In this document: piece by piece, positions 26,371 to 39,470 of the stretch
Position numbering within the stretch: position 1 is the first letter of the stretch
How the letters are laid out: the number at the start of each line of letters is the position of its first letter
From: Eledone cirrhosa
Taxonomy: Eukaryota
Direction of reading: 5' to 3'
DNA length: 64,000 bases
Assembly (NCBI GenBank): GCA_964016885.1
Contig: OZ024742.1
Coordinates: forward strand, 199,020,001 to 199,084,000
Translations under genes and position numbers: made by a program
Notes under the pieces: model-generated
What the model saw: the letters and a program-made list of their open reading frames with translations, nothing else
Told to the model about the DNA's origin: nothing
Databases searched by the model: none

Positions 26371-29300
26371 TGTAGTGACCCCTAGGATAAAAAAAAGAGA
26401 ATTATTAAGAGTTACTACCCGTAGGCATAATAAATAGATGAGACTTGTGTTTCTCACTCTCTTATTCACTGCCGGCCTCATTCTGAGGAGCAGCTCTCTA
26501 TATCTTCTTTCTTATTGAATTAGTGGTTGCTTACCAGCGGTATCTTCCGGAGAAGATTAAACCAATTTGATAAACTGGTGACCCCGAAAAAAGAACAAAC
26601 GCTAAAACTGGACTCCTTCGTTTTGAACACAATATTTTTCTGAAAATTATCTCTCATGTCTGTTGTTCGACCAAGCTTTCGTTTTGAAGTCGCCATCTTT
26701 GTGACACATCTTTGCTTGTTCGGTGTTACTTTTACTTAAGTTATCCATGGTACTACCACGTGTGCGGTAGTTGAAGAAAAAAATGACGAAGCAATTTCTC
26801 GTTCAGCGTCCACTGTGTCAATTATGAGCAACTCATCGTTACCGGCATTTTCTGGTGATGCTAAATTGTGGTTTGCCCAGTTGGATTCATATTTTGCTGC
26901 CAACGAGGTTCAAGTGGCACATTTTATTTCCACAACCGATGCTCCAGTATTTTCACGTCTACGTCGCTTACCGGCGGACAAGTTGAAGGCAGCACGGTCC
27001 GAGTTCGACCATATGCTGCAGCCGGGCATTATTCGCCCATCTACAAGTCCTTGGGCACCATATGTAATGGGGAACCGTTACATATGGTGCCCAAGACTTC
27101 TGGCAACTGGAGACCCACTGGGGATTATAGGAGGTTAAACGTGATGACCGTCCCGGATAGATATCCGATTCCCCACCTCCAGGATTTTTCATCTTCGTTG
27201 TAAGATTTTCTCCAAACTCGATTTAGTGTAAGCTTACCACCAAATTCCAGTCAAGAAGGAAGACATTCCAAAAACGGCTATTACGACTTCTTTCGGATCC
27301 TTAGAGTTTTTAACCATGCCTTTTGGACTCAGGAATGCCGCTAGCACTTTTCAGCGGCTCGTAGACGAGATCACTTGTGGTCTGGACTTCGTTTATGCAT
27401 ATATAGCTGATCTTCTTGTCGCTAGTTCCTCTCCAGAAGAGCATATGCGTCACCTGAACCTTTTATTTTGCCGAATCCAGGATTACCGCATTCGAGTAAA
27501 TCCCGCAAAATGTTTTCGGATCCGCTTCACTAAATTTTTTAGGCCACGTCATCGACGCCGAAGGTATTCGACCCCTTCCACGGCGAGTTAAGGCTATACA
27601 GGATTTACTTCCGCCTACCTCACTTCGCCAGTTGCGTCACTTCCTAGGCCTAATCAATTTTTATAGATGCTTCGTCCCTCAATGTGCAAAATTACTGTCT
27701 TCCCTTACAAAGATTTTGAAAAATTGTTGTAAGAAGAATGAGGATATTTCCTTGACACAAGCACAAATCGAAGATTTCCAGACTGCTAAGACAGCACTTG
27801 CTAATTCATCTTTGCTAGCCCACCCAGTACTCGATGCCAAGCTTTCGCTTTGTGTTGATACATCTGATACCACCGTGGGAGCAGTTTTACAACAGTATAA
27901 CGCTAAACAACAACAACCTTTGGCATTTTTCTCCAGGAAGCTGAACCCGGCAGAAACTCGTTACAGCACGTTTGGTCGGGAGTTATTAGCCATATATCTG
28001 TCGGTGAAACATTTTTCTCATATTCTTGAGGGAAGAAATTTTACGGTTTTCACTGACCACAAACCTCTGACCTTCGCTTTGAGGGGTAAAGCCAACAGAT
28101 ATCCGCCCAGAGAGACAAGGCACCTCGATTACATTTCGCAGTTTACCAATGATATCCAGCACATTTCTGGCTCATGAAACACAGCCGCAGACGCCTTGTC
28201 ACATTTGCTAATCAGCTTGATTTCGTCATCCCAGGAGATAGATTTAAGTCGTTTGGTAGCAGACCAGCCTGCACTCGAATCGTTGGATACTTCATCAGCT
28301 GAATTTGCGACTTGCAACCTGAAATATCTGCTCTTGACTACCGACAGGCAGATTCTCTGCGATGTATCTACAGATTCACCATGACCTCATGTTCCCAAGA
28401 CACACCGTCGAATTGTGTTCCTTGCTTTGCACAGCATTTCTCATCCAGGATCTTCAGCCACAGTAAAGCTCATAACAGCTAGATTTTTCTGGCCAAATAT
28501 GAGGCGTGAAATTAGTGCTGCATAGTATAAAAAATCTAAAGTCTACAGACACATCGGGCTCCACTAGATACTTTTAGTACTCCGGATGCTCGTTTTCGAC
28601 ACATCCACATTCATATCGTTGGATCTTGGCCAGTCAGTAGTGGATATTCTTACCTTTTGACCTGTATTGATCGTTTTTCGCAATGGCCTGAAGCCATCCT
28701 CTTAAAGGACATTACCGCCGACACGATAGCATGTGCCCTGGTATCAGGGTGGATTGCCCGCCAACCACAATTACTACAAACCGCAGTAGGCAATTCGAAT
28801 CACATCTTTTCTCTGAGTCAACAAAAATTATTGCCGCTCAACACATTCGGACCACATCTTATCATCCTGCTTCAAACGGAATGGTGGAGCGTTTTAACCG
28901 CTCTTCGTGCTTATCCAGACTCTCTACGTTGGAGCGAGTACCTTCCTATTGTGTTGTTAGGAATTTGGTCTTCAATAAAGGAGGACCTTGGGTTCTCCCC
29001 ACCTGAATTGTTGTATGGTGCTCCTCTAGCATTGCCTGGGAAAATGTTGATCTTGCTACTCAAGATCCCCTTTCCTATGTATCTCGTTTGCGCTTGTATT
29101 TTCAGGACTTACCGCCTATGGATACCAGGAAACAAACTGTTAAAATTGCAGTCCCGACGAGGGATATTGCCTCGTGGACACGTTTTTATCAGATATGACA
29201 CTGTTAGACCACCTTTCACCTCTCACACAACCGTACTCTGGACCCTACCATGTGTTAGCACGTACTAACAAACATTTTACTGTAGACATTAAGGGATCCA

Positions 29301-29904
29301 GAGAGACAATTTTGGTTGAGACTGAAAAGGGCATACACAGACGCTCGTACACCTGAGCCACATATACCCCCATCTTTCACTGTTGTACATACACCTGCTC
29401 CTTCTGTCCCACCTTCACCTACATACAAGGCCACAACCCGTTCCGGTCTAAGAGTCCCCTGGCCCAAAAGATTTTGTCAAACAGTTTTTATCTGAACTGG
29501 CCACTATGGAGCCTTTTTTGTATTCTTTACCTTGTTTCTTAACAGTTGAAAGTTTTCTTTAACTATAGTTTCTTTTTTTGTATTGTTTTTTCATGTACCT
29601 TTTTTATACCTTTGCTTTGATCCCAATTTCTTGCAGGGGGGGGGGGGGGGGGGGCTACATTATCTTGGGGTTATTCGCCTTTCGTCTGGAGGAGAGTATT
29701 GTAGCAACCCCTAGGGTAAAAAAAGAGAATTAATTAGAGTTACTTCCCATAGGCATAATAAATAGACGAGACTTGTGTTTCTCACTCTTATTCGCTGCTG
29801 GCCTCGTTCTGACGAGCAACTATATCTTCTTTCTTATTGAATTAGTGGTTGCTTACCAGTGGTATCTTCCGGAGAAGTATAAAACAATAAACCAATTCGC
29901 TAAA
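26371..29904 (+). mobile_element. Gypsy/Ty3 LTR retrotransposon, degenerate and internally deleted
   Basis: LTRs 26371-26574 and 29700-29904; PBS tggtgaccccga 26576-26587; PPT ggaggagag ~29688. RT (MPFGLRNAASTFQR), RNase H (YSTFGRELLAIY, FTDHKPL) and integrase relics; imperfect TSD aata / aatg. Confidence 0.93.
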
Positions 29905-30441
29905 AATGCATCCATATAAACCTCTATTATACATATATAGAGATAGAGAGATAAAATGTATATAAACACAAATGAAAAGAATCAACAAAGTAAAGAACTC
30001 ATCATGGTTTTTTTTTTGTTATTTTTTTTCATTTTCTTAGTTTTATATATTATATATATATATATACATATATATATATACCAATCTTTGCACAGATTCC
30101 AAGTGTTTTTCTAGAATGTTCTGTTAGAGTTCTCTGCAAATGTGGACCACCATACGTATTGCTTTTGACTTCCTTCTCAAACAGGTATGTGTTGAAGATT
30201 AGAGAAGTTTTTAAGGTTTTGGACAGCCTGTAGCATTGGGGAGGAAGAGAGGTTAAATCTCAACAGTTACTAGAGGTATGTATATATATGTATATATATA
30301 CATATATATATGATGATGATGTATGCATGTATGTGTCATGTTTGATTATGTGTGTGCATGTATATATATTTGTATATATAATATATATATGTATCATCAT
30401 CATATATAAATATGCATGTATGTTTGTGTGAGTGTGTATAC

Positions 30442-30472
<31 letters not shown>

Positions 30473-33013
30473 CATACCTGTTTGTGTAAGAGAAAGGGAA
30501 GCTAGGAGGAGTTTGACAAATAGTGCAGTATGATACATATAAAATGCATCCTTCCTTACTCCCTTACACCTCAGCAGCCCTGTACCCCTGTCTGCTACAG
30601 TGTTATAGAAACCATTCATAGAATGTAGAGGAAGTCCCCAATTATACAGAAACAAAAATATCTTTACTTATTTTTTTTTTATTATTAATATTTTCCAGTT
30701 TGTTTTGCTCCGTCTTTTTCAACCCGTTGTTATCCCATAAATTTCTGTTAACCCACTTTATTAACTTGGAATGGGTGAGAGGTATAATGGAGTGTAGGAT
30801 TTGACGGTTAGCCTATCAGGTTAAAATGAAGAAAATGAATGTGTTAAGCAAACTAAGTAGAAAAAAACATAGCATAGTTTTCCAGAGCCTAGCTTTCCCC
30901 ACAGTACTATGATACTATTCTGGATTGCTGTCATTTGAGTGTGTAGGTGATAGTCAACATGGTAGATCACCATTATATTCCATGTTCACACACTGTATGG
31001 CATGCAAAGGACTTGAACAGAGTATCAAAGTATCTCATCTAATGCTCTAACAATTCTGCCAATCTACTACTCCAGGATGGAAGATAGAATTAACCTGAGC
31101 AGGATTTGAACTGTGAGCACAGAGAGCTGGAACAAATACCACAAAGCACAAAACATCTCATCCAACACTCTGCCGATTCTGTCAATCTACTGCTATTTTA
31201 ATTTACAGATCCTTGAATGGATGAAAGGCAAAGTTGACCTCAGCAGGATTTGAACTCTGAACACAACCAAGAGCCAGAACGAACACCCCAAAACATTTTG
31301 TCTGACACTCTAAAAACATATCCAATGCCCCGAGACTAGTGCTGAATTTTATCAACTCCTGAAACGGTGACATGTGGCCTGGTGGTTAGTGTGTTGGACT
31401 TATGACTGTAATGTAGTGGGTTTGATTCCTGGACTAGGTGGAGTGTTAAGTCTTGAGCAAAACACTTAATTTCATGTTGTTCCACTACATTCAGCTGAAA
31501 ATGAGTATCAGCAGTAGCTAGGGGATTAAATTTGTGATGGATTGGCGTTCTGTCCAGTGGGAAGTCTTGTACTATCAGTCACGTAATGCCAATGAAACCG
31601 GGAAACCGGGATAAGTACTGGCTTGATGAGCCTTTGGGCGGGGGGGGGGGGGGGGGTAGAAATGAAAATCAAAGTTGACCTCAGTAGGATTTGAATTCAG
31701 AGCACAGCAAAGAGCCAAAACTAACACCCGCAAGGCATTTAATCCTATATTCTAACAACCCAGCCAATTGTTACCCCTTGACTGGTATTTAATTTTATCT
31801 ACCCCTGAAAGGATAAAAAACTAAATTGACCTTCAGCATAGCAAAGAGTCAGAACAGTTAGCACAAAGCATTTAACCTGATGCTCTACCAATTCTGACAA
31901 CTTTGCTACCAAGTAAGAGGGAGTGAAAAGCTTACCATTAGTTTTCATTTAAACAAACCACCGTTATTGAAAGAGAGAGAAAATATAATATATAACTGTT
32001 TACAAAAATAGGAAAAATGAGTTGGTCAGTAATCGGAGAGGAGGGTCCCTGAGAGATTTTAACCCCTTCATCTCATAACCTCTGCTTGACTCTTGAAACA
32101 TAAAAATGCAAAGAAAAAGAATTCTTTTTTTCACTCTGTTTCAAATATTTAAAAAAAAGATGTTTATTGGTCAACCTTTCGTCATGAAAACAATAAAAAA
32201 TATGATAATAGTTTCCAATTTAGGGACAAGGCCAGCAATTTGTGGGAATGGGGAAGTCGATGAAATCAACCCCAGTACTTCACTGGTACTTTATTTCATT
32301 TACTTCACAAGGAAGAAAGGCAAAGTGGACCTTTGCAGGATTTGAACTCAGAACATAAAGCACCTTAATGAAATATTGTAACACATTTCATCCAATGCGC
32401 AAATGATTTTGCCAATCCACCCTAAAAATAGTTTTTAGTTTAGGCACAAAGCCAACAATTGATGGGTAGGAGAAAGTTAATTAAATCGACCCCAGTATTT
32501 GACTGGTACTTTATTTTATCGACTTCAGAAAAGATGAAAGGTAAAGTTGACCTCAGAGGGATTTGAACTCAGAATGAAAAAATACCGTTACTAAATACCA
32601 CCCCAAAGCATTTTGCTCATACCTAATATCAAAAATAAAACTAATAAAAATTATAATAAAGAATAACAAAAAAAAAAATGAAGTTGAAAAATAATGGCTT
32701 GTCTGACAACAGCTAACTTCTTCAACACATTTGTGACCAAATTTCCAATGAAATACACTCTTTTGAATTAACTTAATGAGGGATTTACTAAAAACAATTA
32801 TTATTTCATTATTAGGATAGTATCTTAACATACGTTTTTTATATAAAATTGTTTTAAAATTTTTACTCTAAATAGGAACCCTTTAAAATGAGTGGCTTTG
32901 TTTAACCTTTTGTGACCATATTTTGAATGAGATACGCTATTTCAATTAATTATTGATTTACTAAAATTATAATTTCATAACTAAAAAAGTAACTTATTAT
33001 TATCATTGTCATC

Positions 33014-33207
33014 ATAATAATTGTTTCTACTTTTGGCACAAGGCCAGCAACTACCCAGTGTATTACTGGTACTTTATTTTATAGACCCCGTAAGGATGAA
33101 AGGCAAGGTTAACTTTGCCTTTCATCCTTATGGGGTCGATAAAATAAAGTACCAGTAATACACTGGTTAGTTATTGGCCTTGTGCCAAAAGTAGAAACAA
33201 TTATTAT
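33014..33207. repeat. Spacer-less palindrome made of two SINE 3' halves
   Basis: 97-bp arms, about 6 mismatches, centred on GTTAAC 33108-33113. Confidence 0.95.
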
Positions 33208-33940
33208 CAGTCATCATTTAATGCCTGTTTTTCCATGCTGGCAAGGGTTGATGGGTTGTTACAGACCAAGTCAAACTTTTTTCAGAGTCACCACGTACTA
33301 TACTAAAACTGACTCACCTATGCATAGAGTGCTCAAGTCGGTGAACCAACAGTAACAAAGTTACAAACCATTAAACTATATACATATATATGTTTGTGTG
33401 TATATACATACACACACACACACATATCAGCATCATACATACACACACATATATATCAGTGACACCCAACCCACTTTGTAAGGTGGAAATGCAGGTGCTA
33501 TTGTAAAAAAGAGCATTCAATCCACCCTGTAAGGTGATAGTGCTGGCATCATGATAAAAAGCTTTGAGTACATGCTGTAAAGAGGTTGGTATTAAGAATT
33601 ACATAGCCCAAAACAGAATGTATGAGAAAGATGTGGTCCCCTGATATATCTAGCTACAGTATGTGATGATATTTATAACCCATGCTAGTAGGGTAATAGA
33701 TGTTAAATGGTGAGGATGATTGAAGACATGACTTTGATTAAGTTGGATCATTTTTATCAAGGATTTTTTCCTTATTAGTTCTTTATGCTTGGTTTGGAAC
33801 AATAGTGATCATAAATCTACATGTTTATTAATATTTCAAGGCCTTCACAACTCCATCTTCAGAATCACAATGGCTATACTAGTGGCATATTTTTCACATG
33901 CTTACAAACACATGTATGTGTGTATATGTGTGTGTTTGTA

Positions 33941-33987
<47 letters not shown>

Positions 33988-34020
33988 ATATATATATACA
34001 CATACACACATTATATATAT

Positions 34021-34157
34021 GTCCAGAAATGGCCGTCGAAACGGCTTGAGCTCTGCCGTCGGAGTCATACTTTTTCCTATTATCCACTCTACTACACTAA
34101 GTATTGAGTACTTTGGTGCATTATGGTCCATCTGGTTCCTTACCACAATTCCTTCGT
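34021..34157 (+). mobile_element. ~137-bp (TA)n-embedded repeat containing the 3' half of a hammerhead-like motif
   Basis: Second copy at 45111-45247 with the same ends; GAAA-CGGC-ttgagctct-GCCG-TC. Confidence 0.7.
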
Positions 34158-34325
34158 TATATATATATATATATATATATATACACGTGGCTTTGGCAAT
34201 GTTATTGTTCTAAGACTGAGCATAAAGAATTAATGAGAAAATATAAAAAAATTCTTAATAAAAGTAATCAAACTAAAAGCACAGTTTCAATATAACATGT
34301 TTAAAGGATAGCTGTCCTCTACATG

Positions 34326-34373
<48 letters not shown>

Positions 34374-35280
34374 CATACATACATATACGCATGTGTGTAT
34401 GTATATATATATATACACACGCATACATATATATATATATGCACACACACACATACAGAAATATATATATACATCAATGACAACACACCACAACTACCAC
34501 TTCTTCATGTGACTTTCAACTTATCACAGATACTGTGTATTTCTGAATCTATCATGTTGCCTGGAATTAAGACAAAAGAAGTTGTAGTTAGGATTTGATA
34601 TTTGTTGCTATTTTTATTAATTGATGGATAGGCGGCATTGTTAGGGTGTCGGACAAAATGTTTTGTGGCAATCTCTTAAATCTTTTCATGTTCTTAGTTC
34701 AAATCCTACAGAGCTCAACTTTGCTTTTCATCCATCTAGGATAACAAAGTACCAGTCACTTACTGGGGTCGATATAATTGACTTTCCATCTGCTTGAATT
34801 AGAAATCATCATCACCATTATGATATTATTATAACGGTTTCTAATTTAGACAGAAGTTTAGCAAATATTACTGGGGTGGTGACTATATAGAGCTACCTCC
34901 ATCCTGTACATGACTAGTGCTTTATTTTATCAAGCCCACTGGACGAATGAAAACCAGAGTTGACCTCAGTGGATCAAAGTTGACTCAGAACTTATAGTGC
35001 TGGAACAAATACTGCAAAGCACACTAACAACTCAACCAGTCCACTACCCTAATAATGGTTTCTGATTTAGGCACAAGGCCAGCAATTTGGGGGAGGGAGG
35101 AATTGATTAAATCAACCCCAGTGCATGACTGGTACTTTTTTTTTTATCGACCCCGGATGAAAGGCAAAGCTAAGCTTGGCGGGATTTGAACTCAGAACAT
35201 AAAGCGCCTCGAAGCAGGTTGTCCGACGCTCTACCGATACTGCCAATCCACCATCCTCACCACCCTAATAATAATAATGA

Positions 35281-35514
35281 TTTTTAATTTAGGCACAAGG
35301 CCTGCAGTTTGTAGAGAGTAAAAAGTTGCTTACATTGATCTTAGTACTTGATTGGTATTTTATTATATCAACCCCGGAAGGATGAAAAGCAAGTTGATTT
35401 TACCTTTCATCCTTCTGAGATTGTTAAAATAAAGTACCAGTCATGTACTGGTGCTGATGCAATCAACTTTCCCCTCTCTCTGTCAAATTGCTGGCCTGAT
35501 GACTAAATTAAAAA
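35281..35514. repeat. Older palindrome of two SINE 3' halves (long subfamily)
   Basis: ggatgaaaagcaagtt|gattttacctttcatcc, centre ~35395; arms end in tttttaattt and taaattaaaaa. Confidence 0.8.
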
Positions 35515-36060
35515 TTGATAATAATAAAAAACAACCCAGAGGATTGAATACCTTATTTGTATAGTATTTACACTTTTACCTCATCTATTTTTTTTCTTTT
35601 TAACGATTTCTATGTAAACCTCCAATATTTATGGAATAGCCTGTCTTGTAATGCTCCCTTTAATCCGATACCCTTGTGGCAAATAAAAGAAATCGTCATT
35701 AGGGGTGATCTTGGATATGTAGGCTTCCTTAATTATCTCTAGCTAGAGCTCTCCTCGTTACTGAGAACTTCTATTGTTATTTATTAGTTTTTTTTTTGTT
35801 GTTTTTGGTTGTATTTTTTTGTGGGGGGGGGGGGGGCATTCTCTGTTTACACATCTATATGTAAATCTCCCCTGTAGATGTTTATTGTATTGTCCTCAAT
35901 GTTTTCAGCCCCAGTGACAAATAATGAAATTATTATTATTACTATAATCTGCTTTGTTTTATTTGTTGTAGTTGCTGTTGTTGTTGTTCTGATCTGAGAT
36001 TTCACCTTTGAGGCAAACTTAAAAAAAAAAAATGTTTAATATATATATATATATATATAT

Positions 36061-36268
36061 TTAGATAATTTTGTCCAATGTATCTGGTGATTTCACAGCG
36101 TAATGTGCCTTTAATACGATGTTTTTGTCGTACTCTTTAGCTTTAGTGTAACACAGTACCCCACCAGTGACGGTGATGGTACCGAGGCCACTGAGGACAG
36201 TCACTGGGTTACCAAATACTATCACAGACAGCCATATAAGGAAAGCACGTTTCACTGTATTTGCAACA
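36061..36268 (-). CDS. SLC35E2: SLC35E2-like transporter, last coding exon
   Basis: tttcag acceptor; (S)VANTVKRAFLIWLSVIVFGNPVTVLSGLGTITVTGGVLCYTKAK...; TAA stop; 208 nt, phase fits the previous exon. Confidence 0.93.
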
Positions 36269-36424
36269 CTGAAATGATAAGACAACAAAAGACACAAATG
36301 TGAGTAAATAAATAATATATGAAAAAAACAACAACAAAAAAAAAACTACATTATCAACATAATCATCATCATTACTCTCATAAGCCATTCTACTACAACC
36401 ACTTTTTTTAAGTACCATCAGATA

Positions 36425-36775
36425 ATAGATTGGAGTACTCTGTTAAATGCCTTTTCTAGATCAACAAAAGCAAAATATAGTGGCTTATTCTTGGCCTAGA
36501 ACTTCTCTTGTAGTTGTCTCACTAAGACGAGGACATTTCTAGTACTTATCCCAGGCATGAAACCGAACCGCATCTCGTCTAATTTGACTTTTTCCCTAAT
36601 TAGTTGTGCTTTAACTCTTTTCATTACTTTCATAAAGGTGATGCTCTAGAAAGGAGTTTCTAGTGCATCACCTTTACCCTTGTAGCAATTTATGATTTTA
36701 CTGCTGCACCAGTTATTGGGTACGACTCCATTTAGCACTGTCTGATTGACTGTGTCAGTTACTAGTTCAGGTTCT
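36425..36775 (-). mobile_element. RTE LINE RT fragment (intronic)
   Basis: Homologous to 23490-23720; minus frames read QFGFMPG...LQEKF...LYFAFVDLEKAF. Confidence 0.8.
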
Positions 36776-37119
36776 ATACACATATATATATATCCTGTCT
36801 AACCCGTGCTAGCATGGATAAATGGACATTAAACGCTGATGATATATATATATAAGCATACTCTACTACCTCAAGTATTGAGTACTCTGTTAAGTAATGA
36901 TCAAACCAGTTTCAAACTGAATACATCCTGATTTAGATAGATCATATATGTTGGCGTACAAGTCGACATTTGGACCCTAAAAATATCTCTCCAAAACCAG
37001 GGGTCGACTTGTCCGCCAAATATAAAATGTGGAAGTATGAATACTGCTTCACCTGAACTACACCTCAGAATTTTAGGGGTCGACCTATGCACCAGATCGA
37101 CTTGCACGCCAGCTTATAT

Positions 37120-37156
<37 letters not shown>

Positions 37157-37210
37157 CGTTTCTGAATTTGTTTAGCAAGATTCTTTATCTGAAATCGTGT
37201 GTTGAAACCG

Positions 37211-37288
37211 ATATTGTTATACTTTGGGAGGGTCATGTTGCCAATGGTGCGTGTGTTTCTTATTGGCAACATGACCCTCCCAAAGTAT

Positions 37289-37296
<8 letters not shown>
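37211..37296. repeat. Perfect 35-bp inverted repeat with 16-nt loop
   Basis: atattgttatactttgggagggtcatgttgccaat and its exact reverse complement at 37262-37296. Confidence 0.97.
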
Positions 37297-37324
<28 letters not shown>

Positions 37325-37923
37325 CTGTTGACTCAGGAAGCATTGAGAAAATTTGAAATGTGTACGGCCCAATGAGAATGACCATAAGCGCATCTGTCCA
37401 TGTTGTTCTGTCTCAAGGGGTGCATTAATCAATTGTTTCAATTATTTATAGTAATCAATTATTATTGTCATTTGATTGGGATACAAACATTTAAAATTAC
37501 ACACACACATGTATGTATGTGTGTCTCCCTCTCTCGAAAAAGCCGGTTGTGGTCAAGGCCGGAGAGGGAAAGGCAAGGTCACATTTAAAATGCCCCCAAA
37601 TGCCATATATAACGGAGTTAAGGCCATTTACCTTACTAAAGCAGGGGTTAACCACACAGATCCCATACTCATGATGGAGTCCTTTTTGAGGCAATATTTT
37701 ACAGTCAGGTGCCCTTCCTAGCACCAACCTTTTTGGTCACCTCTCCCAACACACTAAACTAGCTCAATGAATGAAAAATTGCAATGAAATTTACAGCGTA
37801 CACTTATATAGGTTTAGCAGGTCCAAAACATTATAATTGTGAATCCAACACCCTAACAACTAGACTAATAAATGAGAGAAATAAAATCAATAAGGATGAA
37901 TGTAGACTGTAAATGTCACAGAC

Positions 37924-38127
37924 CTGTGTGTAACTGGTGATATATATCCCATGAGGACGTATGCTGTGATACTTTGGAAATGGAAAAAGATGCCGTTGGT
38001 GATGAGTGCAAAGAACATTGTGTAGTCGAGGGTGTCCTTGGCATGTGTGATGTCCATCATGAAGAAACAAGCAGGAATTTGCACAACTACCGATGCTATA
38101 CTGGTGTAGAACTGCAGCTCTGCTGGC
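37924..38127 (-). CDS. SLC35E2: SLC35E2-like transporter, internal exon
   Basis: ttttacag / gtctgt boundaries; PAELQFYTS...FHFQSITAYVLMGYISPVTH; 204 nt. Confidence 0.93.
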
Positions 38128-38624
38128 CTGTAAAAGGTCACAAGAATATTGGATGAGATAACAACTGAGAAAAAAAAAAAAGAACAAAACAAAAAACCAT
38201 TAACTGTTTTCATACCAACTCATCTGAAACTGCTTCTGGTTCTATGATAGAAAAAAAACTGGTTGTTTTGAAGTGTTTATATTAATCTAAAATATTTCCA
38301 CCATAATGTTATGTAGGAACCTTTGTTAGGTTATGTTCCAAACACCAGAAATTAGTTATATTACTAAATCCCTCAAAATTCTCTTCAAAATTATTTGAAA
38401 ACAATAGTGTCTTTCATTGAAATTATAACAAAATGAGAAAGAGAAAGGAGAAAGAGAGAAAAATGAAGAAAGTAAAATAGGGATAAGGAAAAATAGATTA
38501 TGGAGAAAAAAAATAGTTGATTTAGAAATATTTTTATCATTGTATGATTATGTTGGATCTGTGTCAGTTATGATGAGAAATATTCCAGTTCATGGAATCA
38601 ATGGAACAGCCAGCTTGTGAAATT

Positions 38625-38811
38625 AATTGTTTCTACTATTGGCACAAGGCCAGCAATTAACCAGTACATTACTGGTACTTTATTTTATCGACCCCGTAAG
38701 GATGAAAGACAAAGTTAACCTTGGCGGGATTTGAACTCAGAATGGCAAGGGCCGTAACTCTATGCATCAAAGTATGACGTCCGACCCTCTACCGATACTG
38801 CCAATCCACCG
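38625..38811 (-). mobile_element. tRNA-derived SINE (young short subfamily)
   Basis: Near-identical to the 20618 and 57150 copies. Confidence 0.9.
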
Positions 38812-39254
38812 TGAGTTGTTAAGCAACTGATGAGAGGGGGGGGGGTAATTTTAAATGTTTACATCAAATGACCATAACAATAATTGACTACTATAAATGA
38901 TACAGATAATTGAATAAATTACCCCTGGAGACAGAACAAAATGGACAGAGGCACCTCTTATAGTGGTTGACTATCATTTGCATTGGGACGTACACATTTC
39001 AAATATCACATGTACCCTTAATGGGTACATGTGATATTTGGAAAATCAGCATGACACAGTACAACTAATTTTTGCCAGCCAACTGGATTGGAGCAACATG
39101 AAAGTGTCTTGCTCAAAGATACAACATACCAGTGGGAATTAAACTCACAACTTAGCAATCATGAGTCAAACACTGTAACCACTAAGCCACATGCCTTCAG
39201 TGTATTGTATGATAAAATATGAGAAATATTTTAACTTAGATACTTAGGGGTAAG

Positions 39255-39470
39255 TAATGAATATTGAGAAGTGAAATGGAATGAGATGGCTGGATCATAT
39301 GTTGAAGAAGGATGAAAGTGATTGGGTGAGAGCAGTGATGGAAATGAATGTAGAAGGAAGTAGAAGAATGGGAAGACCAAGAAAGATATGGTTTAAGATG
39401 ATGAAAGAAACGAAAGTTGGGAGAGGGGGTTGGTGAGGGGGAAGGCGGGTGGCTGCAGACTTGCAATGAA
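39255..39470 (+). mobile_element. RTE LINE 3' fragment
   Basis: Reads RWLDHMLKKDESDWVRAVMEMNVEGSRRMGRPRKIW. Confidence 0.75.

Noticed and set aside
37831-38213. ORFs 37887..38213, 36061..36297 and 56812..57120 as stand-alone genes
   Set aside because: They are exons of one spliced SLC35E2-like gene with intronic read-through at their ends.
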